A stretch of 32,000 bases of DNA from Halalkalibacterium halodurans. GTDB taxonomy: Bacteria; Bacillota; Bacilli; Bacillales; Bacillaceae_D. The translations under genes were made by a program, and so were the position numbers. Position 1 is the first letter of the stretch, and every line of letters starts with the position of its first letter. Shown in pieces: positions 18,502 through 26,571 of this stretch. Below the pieces are notes generated by a model. That model ran no database searches and was not told the origin of the DNA. It saw nothing but the letters and a program-made list of their open reading frames with translations. The DNA lies in assembly GCF_004376175.1 (NCBI RefSeq), contig NZ_SNUY01000023.1, positions 22,930 to 54,929 on the forward strand. Reading direction: 5' to 3'.

Positions 18502-19065
18502 TTATTCAGGTTCAATTAGCCCGTATTTTCCATCTTTGCGGCGATAAACTACATTCGTATCACCACTAATTGCGTTTGAAAAGACAAAGAAGTTATGACC
18601 TAACATGTCCATTTGCAAAATCGCTTCTTCTGTATCCATCGGCTTCAAATTAAATCGTTTCTTACGTACGACTTGAAGATCATCTTCCTCCTCAAGCAAT
18701 ATCTCTTCGCGCATGCCGTCCATTGGCTCTAAATCATTTTTAAACATATATTTTAAACTGCCTTCTTGGCGAAATTTTCGATTCACCTTTGTTTTATGTT
18801 TGCGAATTTGTCTTTCAAGTTTTTCAATCACAAGGTCAATCGCTGCATACATGTCACTATGCTTTTCTTCCGCCCTTAGCAGCAATCTAGACATTGGAAT
18901 CGTTACTTCAATGATGTGTAGATTATTCAGTACTTGCATTCTAACATTCACATCCGCAACTGGAGTCGTGTCAAAATATCGCTCAAGCTTCCCCACCTTT
19001 TTTTCGACATATTCTCTTAAAGCCGGAGTTACTTCCAAGTTTTCACCACGTACATTGAAGATCAT
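18502..19065 (-). CDS. hpf: Ribosome hibernation promoting factor, long form (YvyD)
   Basis: MIFNVRGENLEVTPALREYVEKKVGKLERYF... is an S30AE/HPF N-domain, and the C-terminal dimerisation domain reads FFVFSNAISGDTNVVYRRKDGKYGLIEP. The start is moved to ATG 19065, 7 nt after AAAGGAG. ATG 19083 lies only 8-10 nt from the predicted transcription start. Confidence 0.93.
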   Translation of the reverse strand: MIFNVRGENLEVTPALREYVEKKVGKLERYFDTTPVADVNVRMQVLNNLHIIEVTIPMSRLLLRAEEKHSDMYAAIDLVIEKLERQIRKHKTKVNRKFRQEGSLKYMFKNDLEPMDGMREEILLEEEDDLQVVRKKRFNLKPMDTEEAILQMDMLGHNFFVFSNAISGDTNVVYRRKDGKYGLIEPE

Positions 19066-19099
19066 ATGACCAACTCCTTTCATACTCTATATATTCTAC

Positions 19100-19126
19100 A
19101 TACCCATTTGTAAATCCTTTTTAAAC
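19100..19126 (-). promoter_or_regulatory. Sigma-B type promoter for hpf
   Basis: The minus strand reads GTTTAA, a 15-nt spacer and GGGTAT. Both hexamers match the sigma-B consensus perfectly, and the spacing is at the long end of the range. B. subtilis yvyD is a known sigma-B regulon member. Confidence 0.65.
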
Positions 19127-19437
19127 GTCTTTAATCAGAGGTAAATTTCGTTAAATTTTGTCGAAATATCGAACTTGCCGTCGTAACCTTCTTTTTCAAT
19201 TTGTTCTTTCCATTATATATGTTCGCTAACTTTTTCCTATTCTTATTAATGGGAGACTCATTTTAAAAGCCAAAGGCGGTTAAAGTGAAGTTTCTTAAAG
19301 CACAGAAAACGGGTGATCCCAAAAGTTTATCTTTTGAGGCAGCTTCTTTGCTTATTCGTTCGAAATGGCGACTTGGCGGACGCTTTCACCGCAGGCACAA
19401 GTGCAACATCGACTCACGCACACTTTGTTTGCATTCG

Positions 19438-19710
19438 TCGTGTTTTCTTTGCCACGGGCAACGCTCCAGCTTCCTATGGATTTTTCCGATCTCATTCCAG
19501 AGAACCATGTGGCACGTGTGGTAATTGACATGGGCGAACCGTTGAATGATCAGCTATTTGACGAGGTGTACAAAGGGGGCGGTCGTCCTGCGTATCACCC
19601 GAAGATGATGACGAAAATCCTATTGTACGGGTACACGCAAAAGTGGTTTTCGTGTCGTGCGATCGCCAAGGCTTTGACCGAACACCTTTCGATGATGTGG
19701 CTCGTCGCAC
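19438..19710 (+). mobile_element. Remnant of an IS1182/IS5-type insertion sequence, retaining only the first ~90 codons of the transposase
   Basis: The segment LQLPMDFSDLIPENHVARVVIDMGEPLNDQLFDEVYKGGGRPAYHPKMMTKILLYGYTQKWFSCRAIAKALTEHLSMMWL within ORF 19365..19847 matches the conserved N-terminal InsH-type domain of IS1182-family transposases (..LPMD...IPENH..RVV......YxGGGRxxYHPKMMxKxxxYxYTQ...S.R.I......MWL). Similarity ends near 19710. The catalytic DDE part, about 350 codons, is absent. Confidence 0.75.
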
Positions 19711-19740
19711 GAAGCAACCAACGAAAACACATCCACACAA

Positions 19741-19790
19741 AAATCGGGAGAACCGCATCAAACGGTTCTCCCGATTTTATTTTTTTAGGT
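19741..19790. terminator. Very strong bidirectional hairpin terminator abutting the IS remnant
   Basis: A perfect 15-bp stem, AAATCGGGAGAACCG-CATCAAA-CGGTTCTCCCGATTT. It is followed by TATTTTTTT on the plus strand and by TTTTTGTG on the minus strand. Confidence 0.7.
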
Positions 19791-19812
19791 ACTTTTGGGA
19801 CAGCCTCAGCAC

Positions 19813-19845
19813 AAAAAAGCCCATCTCCTATAAGGAGAGGGCTTT
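19813..19845 (-). terminator. Rho-independent terminator of the cold-shock gene
   Basis: The minus-strand RNA forms AAAGCCCUCUCC-UUAUA-GGAGAUGGGCUUU (one bulge) followed by UUUUGUG, about 40 nt after the stop at 19887. Confidence 0.75.
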
Positions 19846-19886
19846 GATCAAGCTATAATTACAAATCCTTAACCTAGGAATGTGAA

Positions 19887-20084
19887 TTAAAGCTTAGTGA
19901 CGTTCGCAGCTTGAGGTCCGCGAGCTCCTTCAACGATATCAAACTCAACAGATTGACCTTCGTCTAATGTTTTGAAACCGTCTGTGTTAATGGCAGAGAA
20001 ATGAACAAATACATCGTCACCATCTTCGCGCTCGATAAAACCGAAACCTTTTTCTGCGTTAAACCATTTTACTTTTCCTTGCAT
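19887..20084 (-). CDS. cspC: Cold-shock protein (CspC-like)
   Basis: 65 aa reading [65 protein letters not shown], with RNP1 (KGFGFI) and RNP2 (VFVHF) motifs. From memory it is closest to B. subtilis CspC. The paralogue assignment is tentative. Confidence 0.93.
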   Translation of the reverse strand: MQGKVKWFNAEKGFGFIEREDGDDVFVHFSAINTDGFKTLDEGQSVEFDIVEGARGPQAANVTKL

Positions 20085-20139
20085 ACTTTCACATTCCCTT
20101 CGTAAGTTAAATCATGCGTGGATTAATTTCCACACTTTT

Positions 20140-20168
20140 ACTATAACAGTGTCGATACACAAAGTCAA
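20140..20168 (-). promoter_or_regulatory. Sigma-A promoter of the cold-shock gene
   Basis: The minus strand reads TTGACT, a 17-nt spacer and TATAGT. This would give a leader of about 45-50 nt. Confidence 0.65.
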
Positions 20169-20913
20169 ATATTGTTGTCCCCGATGTTTCGACCATTCTA
20201 GACATATTTTTCAAAGTTCCCCACGATTTTATTCATGCGGACCAAAAAAATTTCAAAAGAATAAGCCTTTATACCTGCACTCAACATCTATTTCTTTTTA
20301 TTTTCAACAAAACCAATGGCTTTATTCGGGTCCTGCCCTATTCACTTTTTTGTTGCAGTAAGTACCAAAAAGCCCATCAATAACTGTAATTCAAAATAAC
20401 CCATACCATCCAATTTAGAAAAGAATACCTTTATACAACATAATAGGGGCAGTCATTTTATGAACGAATGGTCAATCATAAACATTTTAAACGACAGCGG
20501 GTAAGCCATTAGACCTAATTATGTTTACATAAAAATTATTGGACTTAATTGGGCGATCCATCAAGATGATGGTTAAGAAAGAAGGGGTTTTGCTGACGAG
20601 TAAACAATTAGTGTCCAAACCTATGAAATTGAGACAACTGTCGTTCCTAATGAGGTAAAAGAAGCAGCAATTCGCTTTCATAATGTTGCTCATCATTACT
20701 CGATAGGCAAACGATCGAACGGTTTGCTTCCTTCCTTTTTCCACCCGTTTGCACGAAATTTCGCTTGAATAACGGAAAGCCCTTTATGTATGTTTTTGGT
20801 TTTATTTCTTCCCACTATTCAAATCACCCAATTTGTAGTAAAATGGGAAACGTTCTGTACATTTTAGGGAGAAGGAGAAGATACAGATGAGAAAAAAAGC
20901 GTAGTTAGGCCTT

Positions 20914-21822
20914 TTGCTGTCTGGTGTCCTTTTGTTAGCTGCTTGTAATGAAGAAAGTAGCACGGAGGTACCGGAAGAAGGTACAGATGTGGAAGAAACA
21001 GAAGAACAGAATGAAGGGCAAAACGAAGAACAAAACGAGGAATTAACAGCTGAGGACGTGTTGGCTCGTTCGACTGAAGCTATGAGTGAAGTTGAAAGTT
21101 TCACAACTGAGATGGAGCTACACCAAGTGATCAACCTTGACGACGAGGAAATGGAAACCCATAGCTCTATCAAAATGGACGCTACCTTAAACCCCCTTGC
21201 TTTTTACCAAGTAATGGATACGAACGTGCCAGAGGCTAATCAAACAGTTTCTACAGAATCTTACTACACAGAAGAAGGCATGTTTATGCAAGCTCCAGGT
21301 TATGAAGGATGGATTAAATACTCAGATGACTTCCAAGAGCTAGCGAATGCACAAGTAGCTCCAGAAGAGCAGCTTGAAATGTTAAAAGCATTCGGTGACG
21401 AGCTGTCCCTTGACGAAGACGGTGATCATTACGTATTAACCATTTCTGGCTCAGATCAAAATTTACAAAGTCTCATCGATTCCATCATGGGGATGACTGG
21501 TGGGACGATGGAAGGCATGGAAGAGTTATTTCAGATGATGTCATTATCAGATGTAGAATATACGGTCAACATTGACAAAGAAACGTTTTTACAACAATCG
21601 ATGTCAATGAAAATGACGATGACAATGGAAATGGAAGGGGAGTCCATGTCCATTCAGCAAACATCTACTGGAACGTTTTCTAATTTCAATGAGGTCGATC
21701 CAATTGAAATTCCAGCAGAGGTTGTTGAATCTGCTGAAGAATTTGACTTTGACCTTAGCGAAATAGAAGAAATTGATCTACCTGAATTAGAGGAAGAAGA
21801 AGCTGAAGACGATGCAGCTTAA
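20914..21822 (+). CDS. Highly acidic putative lipoprotein (LolA-like/DUF6612-like). The canonical N-terminus starting at ATG 20887 is interrupted by an in-frame TAG at 20902-20904.
   Basis: The ORF-track entry starts at TTG 20914 (MLSGVLLLAAC, lipobox LAAC). The same frame upstream reads AAGGAGAAGATACAG ATG AGA AAA AAA GCG TAG TTA GGC CTT TTG, which is MRKKA*LGLLLSGVLLLAAC. The mature part is D/E rich, and its motif TAEDVLARSTEAMSEVESFTTEMEL is typical of Bacillus DUF6612-type lipoproteins (from memory). Confidence 0.7.
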   Translation: MLSGVLLLAACNEESSTEVPEEGTDVEETEEQNEGQNEEQNEELTAEDVLARSTEAMSEVESFTTEMELHQVINLDDEEMETHSSIKMDATLNPLAFYQVMDTNVPEANQTVSTESYYTEEGMFMQAPGYEGWIKYSDDFQELANAQVAPEEQLEMLKAFGDELSLDEDGDHYVLTISGSDQNLQSLIDSIMGMTGGTMEGMEELFQMMSLSDVEYTVNIDKETFLQQSMSMKMTMTMEMEGESMSIQQTSTGTFSNFNEVDPIEIPAEVVESAEEFDFDLSEIEEIDLPELEEEEAEDDAA

Positions 21823-21841
21823 ATGAAACCCTGTATATAAT

Positions 21842-21871
21842 TAAAGCCTTGTGGGAGACACCACAAGGCTT
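21842..21871. terminator. Bidirectional terminator between the convergent lipoprotein gene and fliT
   Basis: AAAGCCTTGTGG-GAGACA-CCACAAGGCTTT is a perfect 12-bp stem followed by TTCCTT on the plus strand. Confidence 0.8.
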
Positions 21872-21875
21872 TTCC

Positions 21876-22235
21876 TTATTCACGTTTGTCGAAAAACACA
21901 CCTTCCACAGTTGGTCCATCATAAGGGAGATCATATTTTCGATTCATCTGTTTCTTTTGTTTAAATTGATTAATTTCCTGATGAATCAATCCACTCATCT
22001 CCGCTAACTTTTCCTGGATGGCCTGACTTTTCATCAAAATCTCGCGAACGATTTGCTTACTTTTTTGATCTTTTGGTCGCTCCAATCCCATTTCCATTAC
22101 TAAAGCTCGTTCTTTTAGCAGCTGTTCTATGTTTTCCATCTGCTTCTCCCTTAGATCATGGTTAGAATCAAGAGGAGCATGGACTTTAGCATACAGATCG
22201 TTTGTTAGCTGTGACAACTGTTCCAGAGAGCTCAT
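21876..22235 (-). CDS. fliT: Flagellar export chaperone FliT
   Basis: 119 aa and helical. Its ATG overlaps the fliS TAA by 1 nt (TAATG). The C-terminal YDLPYDGPTVEGVFFDKRE is typical of Bacillus FliT, and the gene sits after fliS. Confidence 0.8.
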   Translation of the reverse strand: MSSLEQLSQLTNDLYAKVHAPLDSNHDLREKQMENIEQLLKERALVMEMGLERPKDQKSKQIVREILMKSQAIQEKLAEMSGLIHQEINQFKQKKQMNRKYDLPYDGPTVEGVFFDKRE

Positions 22236-22636
22236 TATGCTTCTCCACCATTACCGTGTCTCTTTTTCCGATCAATTTGTAATGCTTCCTTCCAAGTATC
22301 GCGGAATTGCTTTACTAAGTCTTCCGCTTCCGAAAGTTTCGTTAGGTTGTTTTCCAGGTTCGCTTCAGTTAGACGATTTAAAATAAAATCATAGAGTGCT
22401 AGCATATTTTTCCCTAATTCCGTATCACCTTTTAATGTCACCATCAACTCACGAATAATGTTTTGTGCTTTTTGTAAATGGGTATTTTTTTCTTCAATTT
22501 CGTTATTCTCAATCGCATGCTGAGCTTGTGAAATAAATTTTAAGCAGCCATTGTACAACATTAACGTTAGTTCTGCTGGTGATGAAGTTTCAACCTTGTT
22601 CGTTTGATAAGTTTGATACGGGTTTTTCATGGCCAT
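22235..22636 (-). CDS. fliS: Flagellin-specific export chaperone FliS
   Basis: 133 aa reading NPYQTYQTNKVETSSPAELTLMLYNGCLKFI...AQNIIRELMVTL, a typical FliS four-helix protein. Confidence 0.93.
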   Translation of the reverse strand: MAMKNPYQTYQTNKVETSSPAELTLMLYNGCLKFISQAQHAIENNEIEEKNTHLQKAQNIIRELMVTLKGDTELGKNMLALYDFILNRLTEANLENNLTKLSEAEDLVKQFRDTWKEALQIDRKKRHGNGGEA

Positions 22637-22681
22637 GTTGATTTACATCCTTTCCATTTACGAGGCTATGATCAAAATCCA

Positions 22682-24280
22682 TTAAGTAACAAAAAATTGT
22701 TGGAGAGAAGCATATTGCGCGTTCGCCTGATTCATCATTTGTTCCATCCGCGAAAATTGCGCCCAATAGCGATTTTCAATTTGAGTTAATCTTTGCTGAA
22801 AACGATCAATTTGTTTATCCACATCCAATATTTGTCTTCCGATAATGAATTGGTGCGCTGTTCTATTTTCATTCCCTGCACGAGCAACAATATCATTCAT
22901 CGTTGACGATAAGGAGCTACGAATACGCCCCACTAGCCCTGTTTGACTATAAATCTCTGAGCGTTGTTGGGAGGTACGATCCTTCGCAGGAATAGACGTT
23001 AACGATGAGTTAGCTGTCCCGTTTAAAAGCTGGTGTACAGAATCTGGATCAGCCTCTAAGGCCGCTCGCAATTTATCTTCATCGACTTCAAGAAGGCCGC
23101 CCAATCGGTAATCACTGCTCGTCGTAATACCGATCTGTGTAATTAACGAAAACTGCCCATTTGTTTGCACAGGTGTATACAAATCTGCTCTCATTTGCGC
23201 TAAAAGGGAATTCAACATCGAATCATTTCGCAACAAGCCACTTTTTGCTTTTTCATCCCAAAGCTCTGCTTCTCGTTCGGAAAGCTCTCTTCTTTGTTCC
23301 TCTGTTAACGGTGGATAATCACGGTATCTTGGTTCCGATAAAAGGGATCTTAATTCTGTAATTGTAGCATTGTACGTATCAACAAACTCCATAACTTTTT
23401 CGAAGGCTGCATCTGTGTTTGATGAGACGTTTAACGTTTCAAAACCTTCTGTCGTCCCGGTTAGGTTAAAGGTGATTCCACCAACCGTTATCCGGTTAGT
23501 ACGAGAATCGCTTACGACAATCGGTTCACTCGACATGATCGGATCAATAAATTCCACTTCTGCATTTGTACCACTAACTTCATTCGCTTGATCCAGCTTT
23601 AACACATCATTTAAAAAGCCAGTGTCGCCACCGAATACAATTTGATAGTCATTTGATCCATCCGCCGCGTTAAAGGCTCCCGTTTCCGTACGCTCAATTA
23701 TCACTTTATCATAGGTGGAATTATAGGACATTCTTACACCAAGACCGGCAGAGTTAATGTCTCTAAATAAGCTATCAAGTGACTTGGACGTATCAATCGT
23801 AAACGACTTTTCTACAGCTGCTCCACTACTATTATAAGTAGTGATGGTAAACGTTTGTCCACGATAATCTTCAATGTTCAACCCGTCAGCGTATACATTT
23901 TGTTCATTTAACGCCCGTGTCGTACTTATTTTCGTACTGCCATTTGAAATCGCCTCTGAGCTTATATTTCTTGATTGGGTCGCAATTTGATTCACTTTCA
24001 ACTGGTACGATCCATTGCGCACCTGTGCATTTGGCTGAGCCGTAAAGGCTTTGCTTGTCGTTGAAGCTTCTTTCGTATTTAAAGAGGAACGTAGACGAAT
24101 ATTAGCGGCTGCATCATCTAGCTTTTTTAATAAAAGGTTTACTTCACGATAGGCATCTCGTTGCCATTCTAACGTGATCTTCCTCTGCGTAAATTTATTT
24201 AATGGGATTCTTTCCACTTGCATTAACTGTTTAATCATGCTTTCCGTATCAATTCCACTCGCAATGCCGCCAATTCTCAT
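22682..24280 (-). CDS. fliD: Flagellar filament capping protein FliD
   Basis: 532 aa with the N-terminus MRIGGIASGIDTESMIKQLMQVERIPL and the C-terminal FliD domain ...RLTQIENRYWAQFSRMEQMMNQANAQYASLQQF. Confidence 0.95.
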   Translation of the reverse strand: MRIGGIASGIDTESMIKQLMQVERIPLNKFTQRKITLEWQRDAYREVNLLLKKLDDAAANIRLRSSLNTKEASTTSKAFTAQPNAQVRNGSYQLKVNQIATQSRNISSEAISNGSTKISTTRALNEQNVYADGLNIEDYRGQTFTITTYNSSGAAVEKSFTIDTSKSLDSLFRDINSAGLGVRMSYNSTYDKVIIERTETGAFNAADGSNDYQIVFGGDTGFLNDVLKLDQANEVSGTNAEVEFIDPIMSSEPIVVSDSRTNRITVGGITFNLTGTTEGFETLNVSSNTDAAFEKVMEFVDTYNATITELRSLLSEPRYRDYPPLTEEQRRELSEREAELWDEKAKSGLLRNDSMLNSLLAQMRADLYTPVQTNGQFSLITQIGITTSSDYRLGGLLEVDEDKLRAALEADPDSVHQLLNGTANSSLTSIPAKDRTSQQRSEIYSQTGLVGRIRSSLSSTMNDIVARAGNENRTAHQFIIGRQILDVDKQIDRFQQRLTQIENRYWAQFSRMEQMMNQANAQYASLQQFFVT

Positions 24281-24299
24281 GTCTTAAGCCCACCTTTCG

Positions 24300-24632
24300 C
24301 TAAATTTTTTTATCAAAAAAGACACTAATCGTTTCCTTCATCGCTGCATAAATATCCAATAACTTCTTAGGGGGAATCTCCTTAACCACTTCATTGGTTA
24401 TTTTATCAACAATGGTCACGTAGTACTCATTCAAATCTTCATGCAAGGCAAATCGAACCCCTGTATTCAATGTTTCGATGACTTTATTGATGTCATCAAT
24501 TTTATGTTGAACGTCACGCTTACTTGGCTCATACTCTTCTAATTGAACCGTCTCCTGTGCTTTAACAACTGTTTTAGCTACTTGAACTCCTGCTTGTCCT
24601 GCATATTGACTTTTTGATAAATTTATTTCCAT
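24300..24632 (-). CDS. flaG: FlaG family flagellar protein (YvyC)
   Basis: The start is moved to ATG 24632 (MEINLSKSQ...), 7 nt after GGAAGGGAG. The ORF-track start at 24686 lies inside the sigma-D promoter spacer. The C-terminal motif reads LHEDLNEYYVTIVDKITNEVVKEIPPKKLLDIYAAM. Confidence 0.88.
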   Translation of the reverse strand: MEINLSKSQYAGQAGVQVAKTVVKAQETVQLEEYEPSKRDVQHKIDDINKVIETLNTGVRFALHEDLNEYYVTIVDKITNEVVKEIPPKKLLDIYAAMKETISVFFDKKI

Positions 24633-24671
24633 TGGAGAACTCCCTTCCATGTAAAAGTTTTCATATCTATT

Positions 24672-24698
24672 ATATCGGTATCTCATTCCTAAACTTTA
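24672..24698 (-). promoter_or_regulatory. Sigma-D promoter of the flaG-fliD-fliS-fliT operon
   Basis: The minus strand reads TAAA, a 15-nt spacer and ACCGATAT, against the consensus TAAA-N15-GCCGATAT. Confidence 0.8.
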
Positions 24699-24730
24699 AC
24701 AACCTATCAACAAAGTAACGGTTGAGCGAA

Positions 24731-24762
24731 AATAAAAAAGACCTGGAATAAATCCAGATCTT
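24731..24762 (-). terminator. Rho-independent terminator of hag
   Basis: The minus-strand RNA forms AAGAUCUGGA-UUUAU-UCCAGGUCUU followed by UUUUUUAUUUU, 15 nt after the TAA at 24777. Confidence 0.88.
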
Positions 24763-24776
24763 TAAATGAAAGCAAA

Positions 24777-25619
24777 TTAACGAAGTAATTGTAATACAGC
24801 TTGTGGCTGTTGGTTTGCTTGAGCAAGCATCGCTTGAGACGCTTGGTTTAAGATGTTTGTTCTTGTGAACTCCATCATTTCTTTCGCCATGTCTACGTCA
24901 CGGATACGAGACTCAGCAGCTTGTAGGTTTTCTGAAGCATTATCAAGGTTTTTGATTGTATGCTCTAGGCGGTTTTGGTATGCACCTAATTTAGAGCGCC
25001 CAGCAGAAACGTTAGCAATTGCAGTTTCGATTGTTGTAATTGCTTCATTTGCATCTGTTTGAGTATCAATTTTTAGCTCATCTAAATCTTCCTCAACAAT
25101 GGCAGTTAGGTTAATTCCTTTTAGGCCAAGATCAATATTCATGTGCTCATTTTTATTAGCACCCACTTGGAATACTAATCTACCATCTTCATCAGCTCCA
25201 GATGAACCATCAAGTAAGTTTTGCTTGTTAAATTGAGTCGTGTTTTTAATACGTCCTAATTCGGTAATTAATTCATCTAACTCATCTTGTAGTGCACCTC
25301 TATCTGCATCAACGTTAGTGTCATTGGATGATTGTACAGCTAATTCGCGCATACGTTGAAGAATTTCTTGCGCTTCATTCAATGAACCTTCAGCTGTTTG
25401 AATTAACGAGATACCGTCTTGCGCATTACGAGACGCTTGATCCAAGCCTCGGATTTGAGAACGCATTTTTTCAGAGATTGAAAGACCCGCAGCGTCATCT
25501 CCTGCACGGTTGATGCGAAGACCTGAAGAAAGCTTCTCCATCGCTTTTTGCCCTTGGTTAAGGTTGATACCCATGTTACGATGCGCATTCATTGCTGGTA
25601 AATTGTGATTAATAATCAT
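24777..25619 (-). CDS. hag: Flagellin
   Basis: 280 aa. The N-terminus is MIINHNLPAMNAHRNMGINLNQGQKAMEKLSSGLRINRAGDDAAGLSISEKMR and the C-terminus is ...MMEFTRTNILNQASQAMLAQANQQPQAVLQLLR. Confidence 0.98.
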   Translation of the reverse strand: MIINHNLPAMNAHRNMGINLNQGQKAMEKLSSGLRINRAGDDAAGLSISEKMRSQIRGLDQASRNAQDGISLIQTAEGSLNEAQEILQRMRELAVQSSNDTNVDADRGALQDELDELITELGRIKNTTQFNKQNLLDGSSGADEDGRLVFQVGANKNEHMNIDLGLKGINLTAIVEEDLDELKIDTQTDANEAITTIETAIANVSAGRSKLGAYQNRLEHTIKNLDNASENLQAAESRIRDVDMAKEMMEFTRTNILNQASQAMLAQANQQPQAVLQLLR

Positions 25620-25630
25620 AATAGAAAATT

Positions 25631-25667
25631 CCTCCTTGAAATATGTTTTCCGCCCACATCCTTGTGG
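25631..25667 (-). promoter_or_regulatory. CsrA binding sites in the hag leader (BS2 over the SD, BS1 in a hairpin loop)
   Basis: The minus-strand RNA forms CCAC-AAGGAU-GUGG (25654-25667), which places GGA in a hairpin loop. UUCAAGGAGG (25631-25640) overlaps the Shine-Dalgarno. This is the same layout as the described B. subtilis hag leader. Confidence 0.7.
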
Positions 25668-25734
25668 TTGGTGTAAACTTAATCCGCGAAAAGGAACAAA
25701 GTCGGCCGCCTTTTCCTTTTCCGGTACATTAATA

Positions 25735-25761
25735 ATATCGACACGATTTCACAGGAGTTTA
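25735..25761 (-). promoter_or_regulatory. Sigma-D promoter of hag
   Basis: The minus strand reads TAAA, a 15-nt spacer and GTCGATAT. This gives a leader of about 105 nt. Confidence 0.85.
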
Positions 25762-25863
25762 GTCCTTTTAAAAATTTTTTATGATTTTTTTCTCATTACC
25801 CCGACCCCGGGTACTCCAAAAGAAGCCATACGAACAACAGAAAGAGCGTAACGCGAGTGTAAA

Positions 25864-25891
25864 CAAAAAAAGACCAGATCCGTCGATCTAG
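25864..25891 (-). terminator. Terminator after csrA; the stem includes the csrA stop codon
   Basis: The minus-strand RNA forms CUAGAUC-GACG-GAUCUGG followed by UCUUUUUUUG. Confidence 0.55.
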
Positions 25892-26115
25892 CCTTGTTGG
25901 TTCAATAAACCTTTTAATTGGCTTAATGGCACGGTTTTGGCCGCTTCGCTGTTCTCTTGTTGTATCGCCAAATACACTTCTTTTCGGTGAATATCAATAT
26001 GACGCGGGGCGTTAATCCCTAGCTTTACTTGGTCGCCGTCGATCGAAATAACGGAGATTTCGATGTTATCTCCGATTTGAATCGACTCGTTCGACTTCCG
26101 TGAGAGGACAAGCAT
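25888..26115 (-). CDS. csrA: Carbon storage regulator CsrA (translational repressor of flagellin)
   Basis: 75 aa reading [48 protein letters not shown]. The ATG immediately follows the fliW TAA. Confidence 0.97.
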   Translation of the reverse strand: MLVLSRKSNESIQIGDNIEISVISIDGDQVKLGINAPRHIDIHRKEVYLAIQQENSEAAKTVPLSQLKGLLNQQG

Positions 26116-26571
26116 TTACTTCGCCTCCTTTACCAGCACAAGCTCTTTTTGAAAAAGAGGTTGTTTCCGGTCGTAAGCTGTATCCCCAAGCACTAGCTGT
26201 TTTCCCATTTGTTTATTCGCATTGATCACGATCGGAGCTTGCAAATTTACCGTTGTTTCCGAGAAAGGCTCCTTAACTGTTAGCAACGAAAAAATGGCCA
26301 CATCGTTCTCATTCGTTATGTTGAGCTGAGCAATCGTTGCCTCTGGCAATTTCACACGATACTCTGGAAAAAATGAAAATGGGTTCACGATGATAAACGC
26401 TAAATCCACTGTTTTTGTCGATTGAAGGGTATAGTATGGGGTTCCCTCTTCAAATGGCAGAAGGACAAACTCCTTTTCATCTTCAAACGCAGGAATTCCT
26501 TGATCAAAAGCAATGAGCCTATCCTCAGCCACTTCCAATTTACCATTGTATTTGGTTTCAATTACTTTCAT
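26116..26571 (-). CDS. fliW: Flagellar assembly factor FliW (CsrA antagonist)
   Basis: [51 protein letters not shown]...[15 protein letters not shown] matches the FliW family. ATG 26571 aligns with the B. subtilis start (MIIQTKYHG). GTG 26586 is an alternative start. Confidence 0.93.
   Translation of the reverse strand: MKVIETKYNGKLEVAEDRLIAFDQGIPAFEDEKEFVLLPFEEGTPYYTLQSTKTVDLAFIIVNPFSFFPEYRVKLPEATIAQLNITNENDVAIFSLLTVKEPFSETTVNLQAPIVINANKQMGKQLVLGDTAYDRKQPLFQKELVLVKEAK

Noticed and set aside
19155-19175. TTCGATAT motif upstream of hpf as a sigma-D or sigma-H promoter
   Set aside because: No matching -35 (TAAA or AGGAWWT) occurs at the right spacing. The sigma-B promoter at 19100-19126 explains hpf expression.
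19365-19847. 160-aa plus-strand ORF taken as an intact gene
   Set aside because: Only residues ~34-114 resemble a transposase N-terminal domain. The tail runs through two terminator hairpins and is non-coding read-through. It is called as an IS remnant instead.
20802-21173. 123-aa minus-strand ORF antisense to the lipoprotein gene
   Set aside because: It is a Ser-rich, low-complexity mirror of the acidic GAA/GAG-rich coding strand. It has no SD and crosses the lipoprotein RBS.
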